Source: Clostridia bacterium (GTDB lineage Bacteria; Bacillota; Clostridia; Oscillospirales; CAG-272). Taken from it: a DNA stretch of 64,000 nucleotides. A program made the position numbers and the translations under genes. The notes beneath the pieces were generated by a model, which saw nothing but the letters and a program-made list of their open reading frames with translations, searched no databases and had not been told where the DNA came from. The stretch spans positions 26,752 to 90,751 of the forward strand of contig JAGAEA010000032.1 in the NCBI GenBank assembly GCA_017613355.1. Reading direction: 5' to 3'. Positions 1 through 9,174 of the stretch are shown here, in pieces. Position 1 is the first letter of the stretch, and each line of letters opens with the position of its first letter.

Positions 1-503
1 AGTTCGGTCGCCGCGCGCACGCCGCGCGCACGCGCGACCACGCGATCCAACACGTCGCTTTTCTCAAAATGCCCGGCTTCGAGGAAGAATTGCTTACGGT
101 TCCGCACCAGCAGGTTGCACATATCCTGCACGCCGTGGATGCCGTGGTTGTACATGATCGAGGGCTCCTCGTTGTCGGTGAAATCATAGGTGGGGGTGGT
201 ATCGAGGATGATGATCGGGAGTTTCGTGTTTTTCAGAACTTTCTCGCTCTCCAGAGAGGGGGAATAGGCGAGGTGGAGCGTGACGACGCAGTCGGCGCCC
301 TCGCGCTCGAATTGCGCCATTGCCGCGGCAAATTCCCCGTGTAAGCGGCAAATATCCCCGCGGATCAGTTCCACGCCCGGTTTTGCCGAAAAAAGCCCGG
401 CGATCCGGTCGGCAAAGGCATTGATGCGCGGGCGGACGCCCGGCGAGCCGTCGTCATACAGTTTGACATAAAGCGGCAGAAATCCGATTTTAACATTTTT
501 CAT
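1..503 (-). CDS. L-arabinose/L-fucose isomerase family protein, N-terminal part (truncated by window edge)
   Basis: Own translation of the minus strand from ATG at 503-501: MKNVKIGFLPLYVKLYDDGSPG...VVTLHLAYSPSLESEKVL...MYNHGIHGVQDMCNLL. The frame is open to position 1. It is absent from the ORF track because it is incomplete. Confidence 0.55.
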   Translation of the reverse strand, partial: MKNVKIGFLPLYVKLYDDGSPGVRPRINAFADRIAGLFSAKPGVELIRGDICRLHGEFAAAMAQFEREGADCVVTLHLAYSPSLESEKVLKNTKLPIIILDTTPTYDFTDNEEPSIMYNHGIHGVQDMCNLLVRNRKQFFLEAGHFEKSDVLDRVVARARGVRAATE

Positions 504-504
504 A

Positions 505-999
505 TTATTCACCGATCACCATGATCTGAACGGTACGGTTCCTTCCTCTGGTCTGGTCGAAATCAATGAAATGGACCCTTCCGAACTCGCCGAGATCGGG
601 GGTGCCGTCGTCAATGACGATCGTAACGCTTCTGCCGATGATCGAGGAACGAAGATGCGCGTCGGTGTTGTGGCAGCCGAAGTTGTCCTCGCCCACGCTT
701 TCGGCGAAGTCCAGCGCCTTTTTGCCGGGGTGGAGATACATTCCCTCGTACCGGCAGGTGGGGATCCACTTTTCAAAGACGTTCACAAGGTCCTGCTGCA
801 GGGTTTCAAGCCCGGTCATGGAGAGATCGAACGCACATTCCTGCGTGATAACCGAGCAGGTGGTGTGATGCGAATAGACCACGACGATCCCGTCCCGGAC
901 ACCCGATTCCCGGACGGCGTCACGGACGCTGTCGGTGACGTCGTGGAAAGTGACGGCGCGGTGGTTGGATTCCAGTTTCAACGCTTTTTTGAATACCAT
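505..999 (-). CDS. YjbQ/UPF0047 family protein
   Basis: 164 aa. The VVYSHHTTCSVITQE and HNTDAHLRSSIIG blocks are typical of the YjbQ family. Its stop lies 1 nt before the next start. Confidence 0.75.
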   Translation of the reverse strand: MVFKKALKLESNHRAVTFHDVTDSVRDAVRESGVRDGIVVVYSHHTTCSVITQECAFDLSMTGLETLQQDLVNVFEKWIPTCRYEGMYLHPGKKALDFAESVGEDNFGCHNTDAHLRSSIIGRSVTIVIDDGTPDLGEFGRVHFIDFDQTRGRNRTVQIMVIGE

Positions 1000-1009
1000 G
1001 GTGATTTCC

Positions 1010-1717
1010 TTATCCTTTCTTTTTCAGATCATCGGCGGCTCTGCGGGTCGCCGCGATCATTTCGTCGATCATCGCGATGGGGTCTTTCGCCTTCATGATT
1101 CCCGAGGCGGCACCCGCGGCTTCGCTGCCCGCCATAATGAAATCGTAAACCTGCTGACCGTTGGTGATTCCGGCAGCCTGTTCCACGAGAATATCCGGGT
1201 TGATCTTCTTGATTTCGGTGATGACTTCCCGGACATATCCCATATCGCTGACGCCGCCGCCCGTTCCGCCGATCAACTCGGACGGCTCGGGGTTAATGAT
1301 ATCGGGACCGAGTTGCGCGATCGCCTTGGTCTCGGCAACGCTATCTGCGCAGGCAAAGACCAGCATATCCAGTTCATTTGCCCGTTCGATGGTCGCCTTG
1401 ATCTGCGGGAGCGACATCGGCTTTTCGCAGTGGTTCACGACGACACCTTCCGCGCCTGCCGCCTTGAGGGCTTCGGGAAGAATATCCGCCATGCCGCGCC
1501 CGGGACGCAAGGTGTCCATATACGGCGCGAGGACGATTAGGTGTTTCGTGTTCTCAACGACGCGGCGGATCTCCACGGCGGGAGTGATGAACAGGACGTC
1601 AATATCGTATTTTTCGGCTGCCTTGTCCGCGGCGAGGGCATATTCCAGCACCGTGTCGCCCCAGATGTAGTTTTTGGTGCCGATCTCAAAATAGGGCGTT
1701 CTGATTTTTCGTTTCAT
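1010..1717 (-). CDS. Triosephosphate isomerase-like TIM-barrel protein
   Basis: An AAGAGGA RBS lies 6 nt upstream of the ATG at 1717; the longer ORF to 1777 has no RBS. The sequence is TIM-family-like (VVNHCEKP, GGTGGGV phosphate-loop-like). Confidence 0.65.
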   Translation of the reverse strand: MKRKIRTPYFEIGTKNYIWGDTVLEYALAADKAAEKYDIDVLFITPAVEIRRVVENTKHLIVLAPYMDTLRPGRGMADILPEALKAAGAEGVVVNHCEKPMSLPQIKATIERANELDMLVFACADSVAETKAIAQLGPDIINPEPSELIGGTGGGVSDMGYVREVITEIKKINPDILVEQAAGITNGQQVYDFIMAGSEAAGAASGIMKAKDPIAMIDEMIAATRRAADDLKKKG

Positions 1718-1820
1718 TTCCATTCCTCTTTTCTTTTTTGCCTTTGCGGAAAACTCCGGAACGCACGGCGTTCGCATCGCAAAAGCAGTAATCGTAATGC
1801 CGGATCCATTGGATCTTCGG

Positions 1821-2999
1821 TCATTTATCCCGGATCTTTTCGCTGAGGACGATCCCCTCGAAGATGACCGTTCTGACGTTCATCATGTCGTCCGTGAGGA
1901 TCAGATTTGCCGCTTTTCCCGGCTCGATACTGCCGTACCGGTCGTCGATCCCGAGCAGTTTCGCGGGATTCAGACTCGCCATCCGTACCGCTTGACAGAT
2001 CCCGCATCCGGTATGCGCCATGACATTCCGGCAGGCATGGTCGAGCGTCAGATGACTGCCCGCGAGATGCCCCTCGTAGTCGTAATTGAGGTCGGGACCA
2101 TAGAGGATCCCTTCCGCCTCGTTGTTCTTGTAGTGGTGCAGGTCGGGCATGGAATCGCTGATGAGGATGACGCGCTCCACGCCTTTGGTTCGGATGACCA
2201 TTCGCATCATGTCGGGATCGACGTGGATGCCGTTTTCATCCGCGATCAGTTCCGCGTAGATATCGGGATCGTAGAGCGTGTATTCGTCGCAGCCCGCGCC
2301 CACCGTTCCCTGTGCGCGTCCCTGTGCCTTGCCGGAATCCCCGTGGTGCGTCTGCAATTTCAACCCGTATTTGCGGACTCTGCGGCAATCTTCCGCCGTT
2401 GCGTGCGAATGTCCCATTGCAAAGATCGCGCCGCCGTCGATCTCCTTCACGTCGCGCATAAATCCGTCAATGCCCTCGCGCATCGGATCAATCGCCCAAA
2501 CGCGTGCAAAGCCGACGGTTTGCTCAATCAGTCCGGCATAATCTTTCCGGTCGATCTTCCCCCCGTGGAGAATATCCTTCTGATTGCTCCCGAAACCGCC
2601 CATATAGGGACCTTCCATATAAAGCCCGCCGATCATGCCGCCGTATTCATATTCCGATTGCACGGCTTGCAGTTTTTTTGCACCCGCGATCATTTCGGGA
2701 ATGGTCATGTCACAATAGAAAGTGGGCAGGACCGTGGTCACGCCGTGTTTCAGCACATGCCGCAGGCAGGCGATCGGATCGTCGGCAAATTTATTGTCGG
2801 GACCGCCATGGTTATGGATGTCGATCAGCCCCGGCGCGGTGTAAAGTCCCTTCGCGTCGAGGATCTCCGCGTCATCCGGGATCTTCACTTCGTCCGCTTT
2901 GCCGCATTCGATGATCCGGGCGCCGTCGTAGGTCAGCGCGCCGTCCCAGACGATGCCGTCCTCTAAAATCAGTTTGGTATGGACGATCGCTTTCATCAT
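1821..2999 (-). CDS. nagA: N-acetylglucosamine-6-phosphate deacetylase-like amidohydrolase
   Basis: 392 aa. It has the GLIDIHNHG metal-binding motif and NagA-like length and layout. It shares its final nucleotide region with the start of the next gene. Confidence 0.7.
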   Translation of the reverse strand: MMKAIVHTKLILEDGIVWDGALTYDGARIIECGKADEVKIPDDAEILDAKGLYTAPGLIDIHNHGGPDNKFADDPIACLRHVLKHGVTTVLPTFYCDMTIPEMIAGAKKLQAVQSEYEYGGMIGGLYMEGPYMGGFGSNQKDILHGGKIDRKDYAGLIEQTVGFARVWAIDPMREGIDGFMRDVKEIDGGAIFAMGHSHATAEDCRRVRKYGLKLQTHHGDSGKAQGRAQGTVGAGCDEYTLYDPDIYAELIADENGIHVDPDMMRMVIRTKGVERVILISDSMPDLHHYKNNEAEGILYGPDLNYDYEGHLAGSHLTLDHACRNVMAHTGCGICQAVRMASLNPAKLLGIDDRYGSIEPGKAANLILTDDMMNVRTVIFEGIVLSEKIRDK

Positions 3000-3967
3000 T
3001 ACAAATCCTTATCTTCGATCCCGTTGTGCCAACTTCCGAAAGGCTTTGCCAGCGCTTCCGATACGTAGCAGGTTCCTTTTTTGAGCCGATAGATTGATGC
3101 GGGGCATTCCATGGAGATCGGACCGTACAGTTCCATTCGCGAGATCATTCTCTGCCACGAACTGCCGTCCGCGTTCACGAAATTATGCAGTTCGACGACC
3201 TCTTTGGCGTGCATGACGTCGCGGGGACCGATGGTCGCCGCCTTCGGCGGGACTGCCCAGACGTCGCCCGATGCGCCCATGGGGCTGAACAGTGAGTTTT
3301 CACAAATCGTAAGCGGTGTTTCAGTGACAATGCGCGAGCCGAGTTTCAAAAACTCTTCCATGCTGTCCGCGGCGAATTCCCGGCATCTCGGATCAATGAA
3401 CGCGGTATGTCCCGGCCAACCGGTTGCCGTATAGATCACGTCAACGCCGCCGCCCGTGATCTCGTCGATCATGTCGGAATAGACGTTGTCACCTTTGGTT
3501 TCGTTGTTGTGGGTATGCCAATGCGAAACGTCGGGGCGCAGGTCTTCCCGGATCCGGTAATAGAAATGGTTCATGAAGGAATAGCCGAGCCCCGCTCCGT
3601 AGGTCAGGGGCGCGACGTTCCCGTTCTCATCCGCCCATTCGTCCATCGCGAAAGCATGGACGTTTCTCGCGGACACGTTGAACTTATTGAGCATATTCGC
3701 CACGGCGGAATAAGCGCCCGGCCACTGGTTGGGACAGATCATGGAGAAGGGCTTGTCTTCCAGGTCGGACATTAAGATCCGGTAGAACATATCCTGCACC
3801 ATGTGCAAAGTGGGATCGAGAACGACCTTGACCGAATACCCGTTCTCGTTGGTGTATTCCATATCCTCGCGCTTGATATTCCGGATGCGTTCCAATTCCT
3901 CAAGCGGAAGATTGCTGTTCGGGAGCCAGTCGGCGGGCTTGAATTTGAACTCTTCATATAAACTCAT
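2999..3967 (-). CDS. Glucosamine-6-phosphate deaminase/isomerase-like (NagB superfamily) protein
   Basis: 322 aa. The FAMDEW and TATGWPGHTAFIDP blocks resemble the sugar-phosphate isomerase/deaminase fold. It sits in an operon with the NagA-like gene. Confidence 0.55.
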   Translation of the reverse strand: MSLYEEFKFKPADWLPNSNLPLEELERIRNIKREDMEYTNENGYSVKVVLDPTLHMVQDMFYRILMSDLEDKPFSMICPNQWPGAYSAVANMLNKFNVSARNVHAFAMDEWADENGNVAPLTYGAGLGYSFMNHFYYRIREDLRPDVSHWHTHNNETKGDNVYSDMIDEITGGGVDVIYTATGWPGHTAFIDPRCREFAADSMEEFLKLGSRIVTETPLTICENSLFSPMGASGDVWAVPPKAATIGPRDVMHAKEVVELHNFVNADGSSWQRMISRMELYGPISMECPASIYRLKKGTCYVSEALAKPFGSWHNGIEDKDL

Positions 3968-4596
3968 GATTTTTTCTCCTTTCCAATCACTTCAAAGATT
4001 TTATCCCACCTTTCCTTCATGCCTTCGCCTTCCAGAACCGGTTGGAAGCCGAAACGCAGATAGGAGCAAATTGCGGGAATCCGGAAATCGTCGGTTTTCA
4101 GTTTGATGGTGCGCGCGCCGCGCGAAAGGAGGTTTGCCATCGCGTAGGAAGTCATGGCGTTGCCGATGCCTTTGCCCCGGAATTTCTCGCTGCAGCAGAC
4201 CATGTGCAACAGCCCCTTGTTGTCCTCGGGGCAGATGAAAAAGGTGATTGTCGCCGCGCGCTCGCCCTCGGGCGAGACGATGAAGATTAAGTCGGTTTCG
4301 GCTTTCACGCCGTCCATAAACAGGATGAAGTCGTGAAAATCGCGGTGGGGATCGTCGGTCAGCAGTTCCACGCCGCTCTGGCAAATGTTGATCCAATCCT
4401 CTTCCTGTTCGGGCTTGCCGCTGTAATATTCAATCGTAAAACCTTCCGGCAGGGGATAGTTCTTCACTTCGTCCCCGTGAAATTCCATGCGTAACTGTTC
4501 CATTTGCTTTTTTGATTCTCCTTTTCCCGTTCGGGATGATGGTTTTTCGGACACTGCCGCACCGTTCACGATTAGCGTCCCGACAAAATTCTGCAT
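3964..4596 (-). CDS. GNAT family N-acetyltransferase
   Basis: It carries the acetyl-CoA binding motif RGKGIGNAMTSYAM. The start is uncertain; the alternative is the ATG at 4503. Confidence 0.7.
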   Translation of the reverse strand: MQNFVGTLIVNGAAVSEKPSSRTGKGESKKQMEQLRMEFHGDEVKNYPLPEGFTIEYYSGKPEQEEDWINICQSGVELLTDDPHRDFHDFILFMDGVKAETDLIFIVSPEGERAATITFFICPEDNKGLLHMVCCSEKFRGKGIGNAMTSYAMANLLSRGARTIKLKTDDFRIPAICSYLRFGFQPVLEGEGMKERWDKIFEVIGKEKKS

Positions 4597-4603
4597 TCTT
4601 TTT

Positions 4604-5776
4604 TTAGAGGACGTTCTGGTAGCCTCCGTCGGCAGCGATTGCTTTCTTTACGTGGAGCCAGTTCATCAAGTAAAAGTTCCATGAATAGTTTCGGATATCG
4701 CCGTCCAAATATGGCTCTATGTTTGTTGCGATCCGCCCCCGGCAGTAGTTCTCCGACGTACAGTAGAGAACGGTTTCCGGGTCAACCGTGTCGTAAAACT
4801 CCTTAGTCCCTCCGCTGACTCCGTGATGCGGGACCTGCAAAATATCGCTTTTCAGATGGATCCCGTACAAATGCACCATGCGATTCAATGCGGATCCCAT
4901 CAGATCGCCCGGAATCAAGACGCTTTTTTCGCCTTTGTGTGTCTCGAAAAACAGCCTTGTTGCCATTGATGCCATATTAGAATCCGTTGAGAGAAGAGGA
5001 AACAGATCATCCACAGTTTTCATGATCTCCATCTGAACGCCCGGAAAAGAAATCATCTGCCCCTGATATGGCGAGTAACAAGGGATTCCGTTCTTGGCGG
5101 CGAGGACGGGAAACTTTTCCGCGAGGAAAGAATCGTCCCAATTTTTTCCTTTTGCGTTGAGGACCGGCGGAGCGCAGAACAGGAAGCACTCCACGACCGC
5201 TCTCGTTGAGCAACGCTTTAAAAAGTCAAGGACACAAAGGTAGTGGTCACCGTGTGAGTGCGTCAGCACCCACGCCGCGATCACGGGTTTTTCTCCTTTT
5301 GGCGTCTGCCCTTCGAGGTAGTCCATCAGCCCGTCCGTTTCGGTCGGATAACCCCCGTCGTAGATCAGAAAACGCCCGTCCGCAAGCGTCACGACCATTC
5401 CCATGCCGTTGTCGTGGGGATCCTCCGGAAAATAATAGTCCGAGTTCATCAAAATCATGCCGGTTTGACGTTTTTCTTCCCCTTCGGTCCCGAAAAACAG
5501 TTCTTCGCTTTGTGAAGTAATCACCAGCAAAGCGCCGATCCCCGCTTGCCGGGCAATGAACACGGTTTCCTGCCCTCGCCGCCAAAGCCGAGTGATCTGA
5601 TGTTCCGCCGATCGATCCGAACAAAGGGCAAAGCCTTCCTCCACCAGCCGTTTTTCCAGCGCGTCCGCCGCGCCGAAATCGGTGACCGTTCGGAAATAGC
5701 CCCGTCTGCCGGCGGAACATTCATACTGTCTGGTATTTTCTCCGAGAAATGAAAGAATCGTTTGTTCGTCGGTCAT
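4604..5776 (-). CDS. MBL-fold metallo-hydrolase, cytoplasmic paralogue of the exported MBL modules
   Basis: It has the canonical THSHGDH motif and a later VPHHG motif, with no signal peptide. The ATG at 5776 overlaps the upstream stop as ATGA; the track start at 5794 is a TTG. Confidence 0.75.
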   Translation of the reverse strand: MTDEQTILSFLGENTRQYECSAGRRGYFRTVTDFGAADALEKRLVEEGFALCSDRSAEHQITRLWRRGQETVFIARQAGIGALLVITSQSEELFFGTEGEEKRQTGMILMNSDYYFPEDPHDNGMGMVVTLADGRFLIYDGGYPTETDGLMDYLEGQTPKGEKPVIAAWVLTHSHGDHYLCVLDFLKRCSTRAVVECFLFCAPPVLNAKGKNWDDSFLAEKFPVLAAKNGIPCYSPYQGQMISFPGVQMEIMKTVDDLFPLLSTDSNMASMATRLFFETHKGEKSVLIPGDLMGSALNRMVHLYGIHLKSDILQVPHHGVSGGTKEFYDTVDPETVLYCTSENYCRGRIATNIEPYLDGDIRNYSWNFYLMNWLHVKKAIAADGGYQNVL

Positions 5777-8700
5777 TTTGTAAATACCCCCCAAGAAAGG
5801 TGATCCTGCTGTTCAGAATAATTCGCAATGGTGGCAGGTTCATCTTCACCGTTGTGCGGCAGTTTCATAACGGTGTAACCATTGTCTGCAATGAAGATTT
5901 CTTCCACATGCAGGGAATTCATTAAGTAGGTGAGCGAGGCACTGCCGCTGATTCGTTCAGCCGCTTTATCCGCTGATGTGTTGACGAATACATAGGACGG
6001 GTCAACGTTTGCGAAGAGCGTATCATAATCGGAGCCGTTGTTGTGGCCGTGGTGCGGAAGCGACAGGAAATCACTTTGCATAGCATCACCGTAAATGCTG
6101 TTCATCACCCGGATCGATTTCGGCATGGTATCGCCCGTCATAAAGAACGTGTTTCCGCCGAAATTGACACGGAAAACAAGCGAGTGGTTATTTGGTTCGT
6201 TGCTGGTAATCGGCCAAAGCATTTCGGCTGTAAAGTAAAATTCTATTTCCAGATCGCCGAACACCATCTTCTGCCCTGTGAGCGGCACAATGTACCTAGC
6301 GCCGCTGTATTTCTGAACACCGTTTTCGATCTTTGCGACCCAACCTGAAAACTGATCCTTCCACTCCTTGTCGATCTGTGCGATGAGGTACTCCAACCTG
6401 ACGTCGGCGGCGTGGCTATCCGTAAAGGCGAAGTAATTGCCGATATGGTCCTCGTCCGGATGCGTGAGGATCCACGCACGGATCAAGACCTTTCCATCCT
6501 CCCGTTGGTTGTTTTCAACGAGATACTGATACATTTTTTCGGTGTCGTATCCATAGCCGCCGTCGATAATGACATAACTGCCGTCGGAAAGGGTGAAGAT
6601 AAACCCGGCGCCGTTGTCACTGTACTCTTGCTGTTCGTAATCCATATCCATCAGGGTCACGCTTGGGGTTGCGACAGCCGTACCAACAGTTGCCGTAATC
6701 GGGTATTCAACGGCGACGGTTGCCGGAGAAACAAGGATCCGTGCCTCACTTTTTGCGGGCAAATAATAAGCGTGGATCACTGTTTGTTCATTACGGAAAG
6801 TTACATAGATGTTGTCGCCGATGCTGTTTGCCGCGTATTGCCGGAATCCGCCGGCTCCGAGTTTGGCGAGGTAGGCGTCATATTCCGCTTTTGTGGTGTC
6901 GGTCAGATCAATACGGAAATAATTTGTTGCAAATTCCCGGATGGAATCCAGCGTCCCGCCCTCGTAGGTAGGAATAGCGCTTGCCCATTCTGCGAAAAAG
7001 CCGCTTTCGGGATCAAATTTGCAAATGCGGACGGTTTTGCTTTCATCGAAACAGACACCCGCCGCAATCTTTTCGCTTAATCGATTGCAAACAATATCAA
7101 CGCCGTAATCGTCCAAACCGAACAGATAGATCTGATTTTCCGTATGCTCAAACTGCCATTCAAAATACGCTTTTTCGGCACGCAGGGCGCGGCAACGGTC
7201 GTATTCCGTATTACCGACGATGATCGATTTGACCGAAAGGTCGTATTCCTGTCCGGGACTGATCCAGTCGGTCGTTAAGTTGACCGGGGTTGACGCGATA
7301 TCGGAGATGGTATTGACAATTCCGGTTGCGGAGGCGATAACATTATCGGACGCAGTCTGACCGCGCACCACCTGATATTGCGGAACGCCTTCCCTGACGA
7401 TCTCAAGATACGGGATCTCATCGCTCTGGTATTCCAGATCCGCCTTTATGAGGAATTTTCCGTCCTCACCGGATGTCTGAACATAAGTTTCCATCAAATA
7501 GTCGATTGCCTTGCCGATCAATTCGGAAGTCGGCGCGGCGATCACCAGTTTGGCTCCGACTCTTTGGATGCGGAAGGCAAACTCGTCGCCCAGTGCATCG
7601 TAAACGGTTTCCGATTCAGGGCGGTTGGTTTTTCCAATCAGGATCTCCTTTGCGTTGGGATCTGGCGTTTCTCCTGCGGCAGGAGAATCACCGCTGAAGA
7701 CGATCGAGCTTCCCGTTGCACGGTCAAGCTCCTGCTTGAATTTTGCTCCGATGCTGACAAGCGCGTTAGGAGCGAGATCCGGTCGGATCAGCGCATACTC
7801 GGAAAGGTCAATTTCTTCCGTGGGACCGTTGAGGTAATTGACGGTCACTTTTTGTGTAGCCCCCTCAATAACCCCTTTGTCTGGATGTTGGTAAAAAGGC
7901 GTCACCGTGAAAGTAACTTTACCAACACTTACGGGAATATTGGCAATGTGGAGCGCAAAAATATAGTCACCGCCAAGCGATTCTGCCGTAATTGGTGTGC
8001 CCGCCGAGAGGATCGAGGTGTAAACATAGGTACAGGATCTTGTAACCGTTGCATCGACCGGGTTCCCGTTTCTCGTATATTGCGCACGAATCCTGAAGCC
8101 TACCGAACTGAGATTGGTAATTGTATTATCCGGGGCAACTAAATTGTTGATCGTGGCGACGAACCGAACCGAATACTTGCCGTCGGTCACATAGGATTTC
8201 TGATATCCGCGATAAATGGCGCCCGGCGCATAGATCTTCACATCGTCGATCAGAACATCCATACCCGGTTTCACGCAGAGCCCAATGGTGTCGGTGATCA
8301 CCGCCGCAGCCTCGGAAGTGATCCAAGTCCCGGCTTGACCGCTGTCGCGGTTCATATAGGTCACAAGCTCGCCGTCCATCCAGACGCTGATGCCAGCAAT
8401 ATCGGGATCGACGACGATCTTCATGGAGTGTTCCGCACCCATGATGGAAGCACCCGTCGTCGTACCGGCAGTCGGGTCGTCCATGTAATCATAGGTATAG
8501 TTCGCTTCAACGGGAGCGTAAGTAACGTTTGTGTACTTGAAGAAGGTGTCGCCCTTCCAACCGCCGTTGTACAGGGAGCGCCCGCAGTCGTACTGACCGT
8601 TCGGCAGAACGGGGCACTGCCAGTAGCCGGAACCGCCGACGGACGTGAACGCGGCGTACTGCCGGAGCGCCTGACCGTCGTTTTTGATGGTCTTGGTCAC

Positions 8701-9120
8701 GCTGTCGGAAGCGCGCGTCACCACGACGTCTTCCTGTCCGCGTTTGTCCTGATAGGTGAACTTGTACTCGATGACAGTAGCGCCTTGAGAGATGCGCGGA
8801 TCGGTCACGATGCTATACACCTTATCGTTCGCCCATCCCGCGCTGTTCAAAACGCCGCCCGGGGTGTACTGCGCAACGATACGGAGTTTGCCGTCCTGGA
8901 TCAGCATCGTTTGATACTGGTTCGGCGCGCTCCAACCGATCGCCTCGGCAAGGTCGGAATCCACCAAGGACGCGAGGGAAGGAGCGTTGAAGTTGTTCTC
9001 GTAGTAAACAACTCCGCTCGGAGCGAGTTCGGGTTCCGTTGCCGAAACCGTGGGGACGATTGCAACGAGCAATCCCATGCACATTGCAATCGTCAGAAGG
9101 ATGGATAACGCTTTTTTCAT
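5773..9120 (-). CDS. Secreted 1115-aa modular protein with four modules
   Basis: The signal peptide is MKKALSILLTIAMCMGLLVAIVPTVSA and the RBS is AAAGAGGA. The modules, in order, are a ConA/LamG-like N-domain, a beta-sandwich YxGYQ domain, a glycosidase-N-domain-like module and a C-terminal MBL fold. Each module is shared with 9175..11400, 13236..15620 or 4604..5776. Confidence 0.8.
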   Translation of the reverse strand: MKKALSILLTIAMCMGLLVAIVPTVSATEPELAPSGVVYYENNFNAPSLASLVDSDLAEAIGWSAPNQYQTMLIQDGKLRIVAQYTPGGVLNSAGWANDKVYSIVTDPRISQGATVIEYKFTYQDKRGQEDVVVTRASDSVTKTIKNDGQALRQYAAFTSVGGSGYWQCPVLPNGQYDCGRSLYNGGWKGDTFFKYTNVTYAPVEANYTYDYMDDPTAGTTTGASIMGAEHSMKIVVDPDIAGISVWMDGELVTYMNRDSGQAGTWITSEAAAVITDTIGLCVKPGMDVLIDDVKIYAPGAIYRGYQKSYVTDGKYSVRFVATINNLVAPDNTITNLSSVGFRIRAQYTRNGNPVDATVTRSCTYVYTSILSAGTPITAESLGGDYIFALHIANIPVSVGKVTFTVTPFYQHPDKGVIEGATQKVTVNYLNGPTEEIDLSEYALIRPDLAPNALVSIGAKFKQELDRATGSSIVFSGDSPAAGETPDPNAKEILIGKTNRPESETVYDALGDEFAFRIQRVGAKLVIAAPTSELIGKAIDYLMETYVQTSGEDGKFLIKADLEYQSDEIPYLEIVREGVPQYQVVRGQTASDNVIASATGIVNTISDIASTPVNLTTDWISPGQEYDLSVKSIIVGNTEYDRCRALRAEKAYFEWQFEHTENQIYLFGLDDYGVDIVCNRLSEKIAAGVCFDESKTVRICKFDPESGFFAEWASAIPTYEGGTLDSIREFATNYFRIDLTDTTKAEYDAYLAKLGAGGFRQYAANSIGDNIYVTFRNEQTVIHAYYLPAKSEARILVSPATVAVEYPITATVGTAVATPSVTLMDMDYEQQEYSDNGAGFIFTLSDGSYVIIDGGYGYDTEKMYQYLVENNQREDGKVLIRAWILTHPDEDHIGNYFAFTDSHAADVRLEYLIAQIDKEWKDQFSGWVAKIENGVQKYSGARYIVPLTGQKMVFGDLEIEFYFTAEMLWPITSNEPNNHSLVFRVNFGGNTFFMTGDTMPKSIRVMNSIYGDAMQSDFLSLPHHGHNNGSDYDTLFANVDPSYVFVNTSADKAAERISGSASLTYLMNSLHVEEIFIADNGYTVMKLPHNGEDEPATIANYSEQQDHLSWGVFTK

Positions 9121-9174
9121 TTTGTTCCTCTTTGCCTTTTGATTCTATTTATGAAAGGACCGTCTGTTCATCCA

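Noticed and set aside
1797-2966. 389-aa plus-strand ORF covering the whole NagA-like gene in antisense.
   Set aside because: It has no RBS and an Arg/His/Val/Asp-rich composition typical of shadow ORFs in GC-rich DNA. The minus-strand frame carries clear amidohydrolase motifs.
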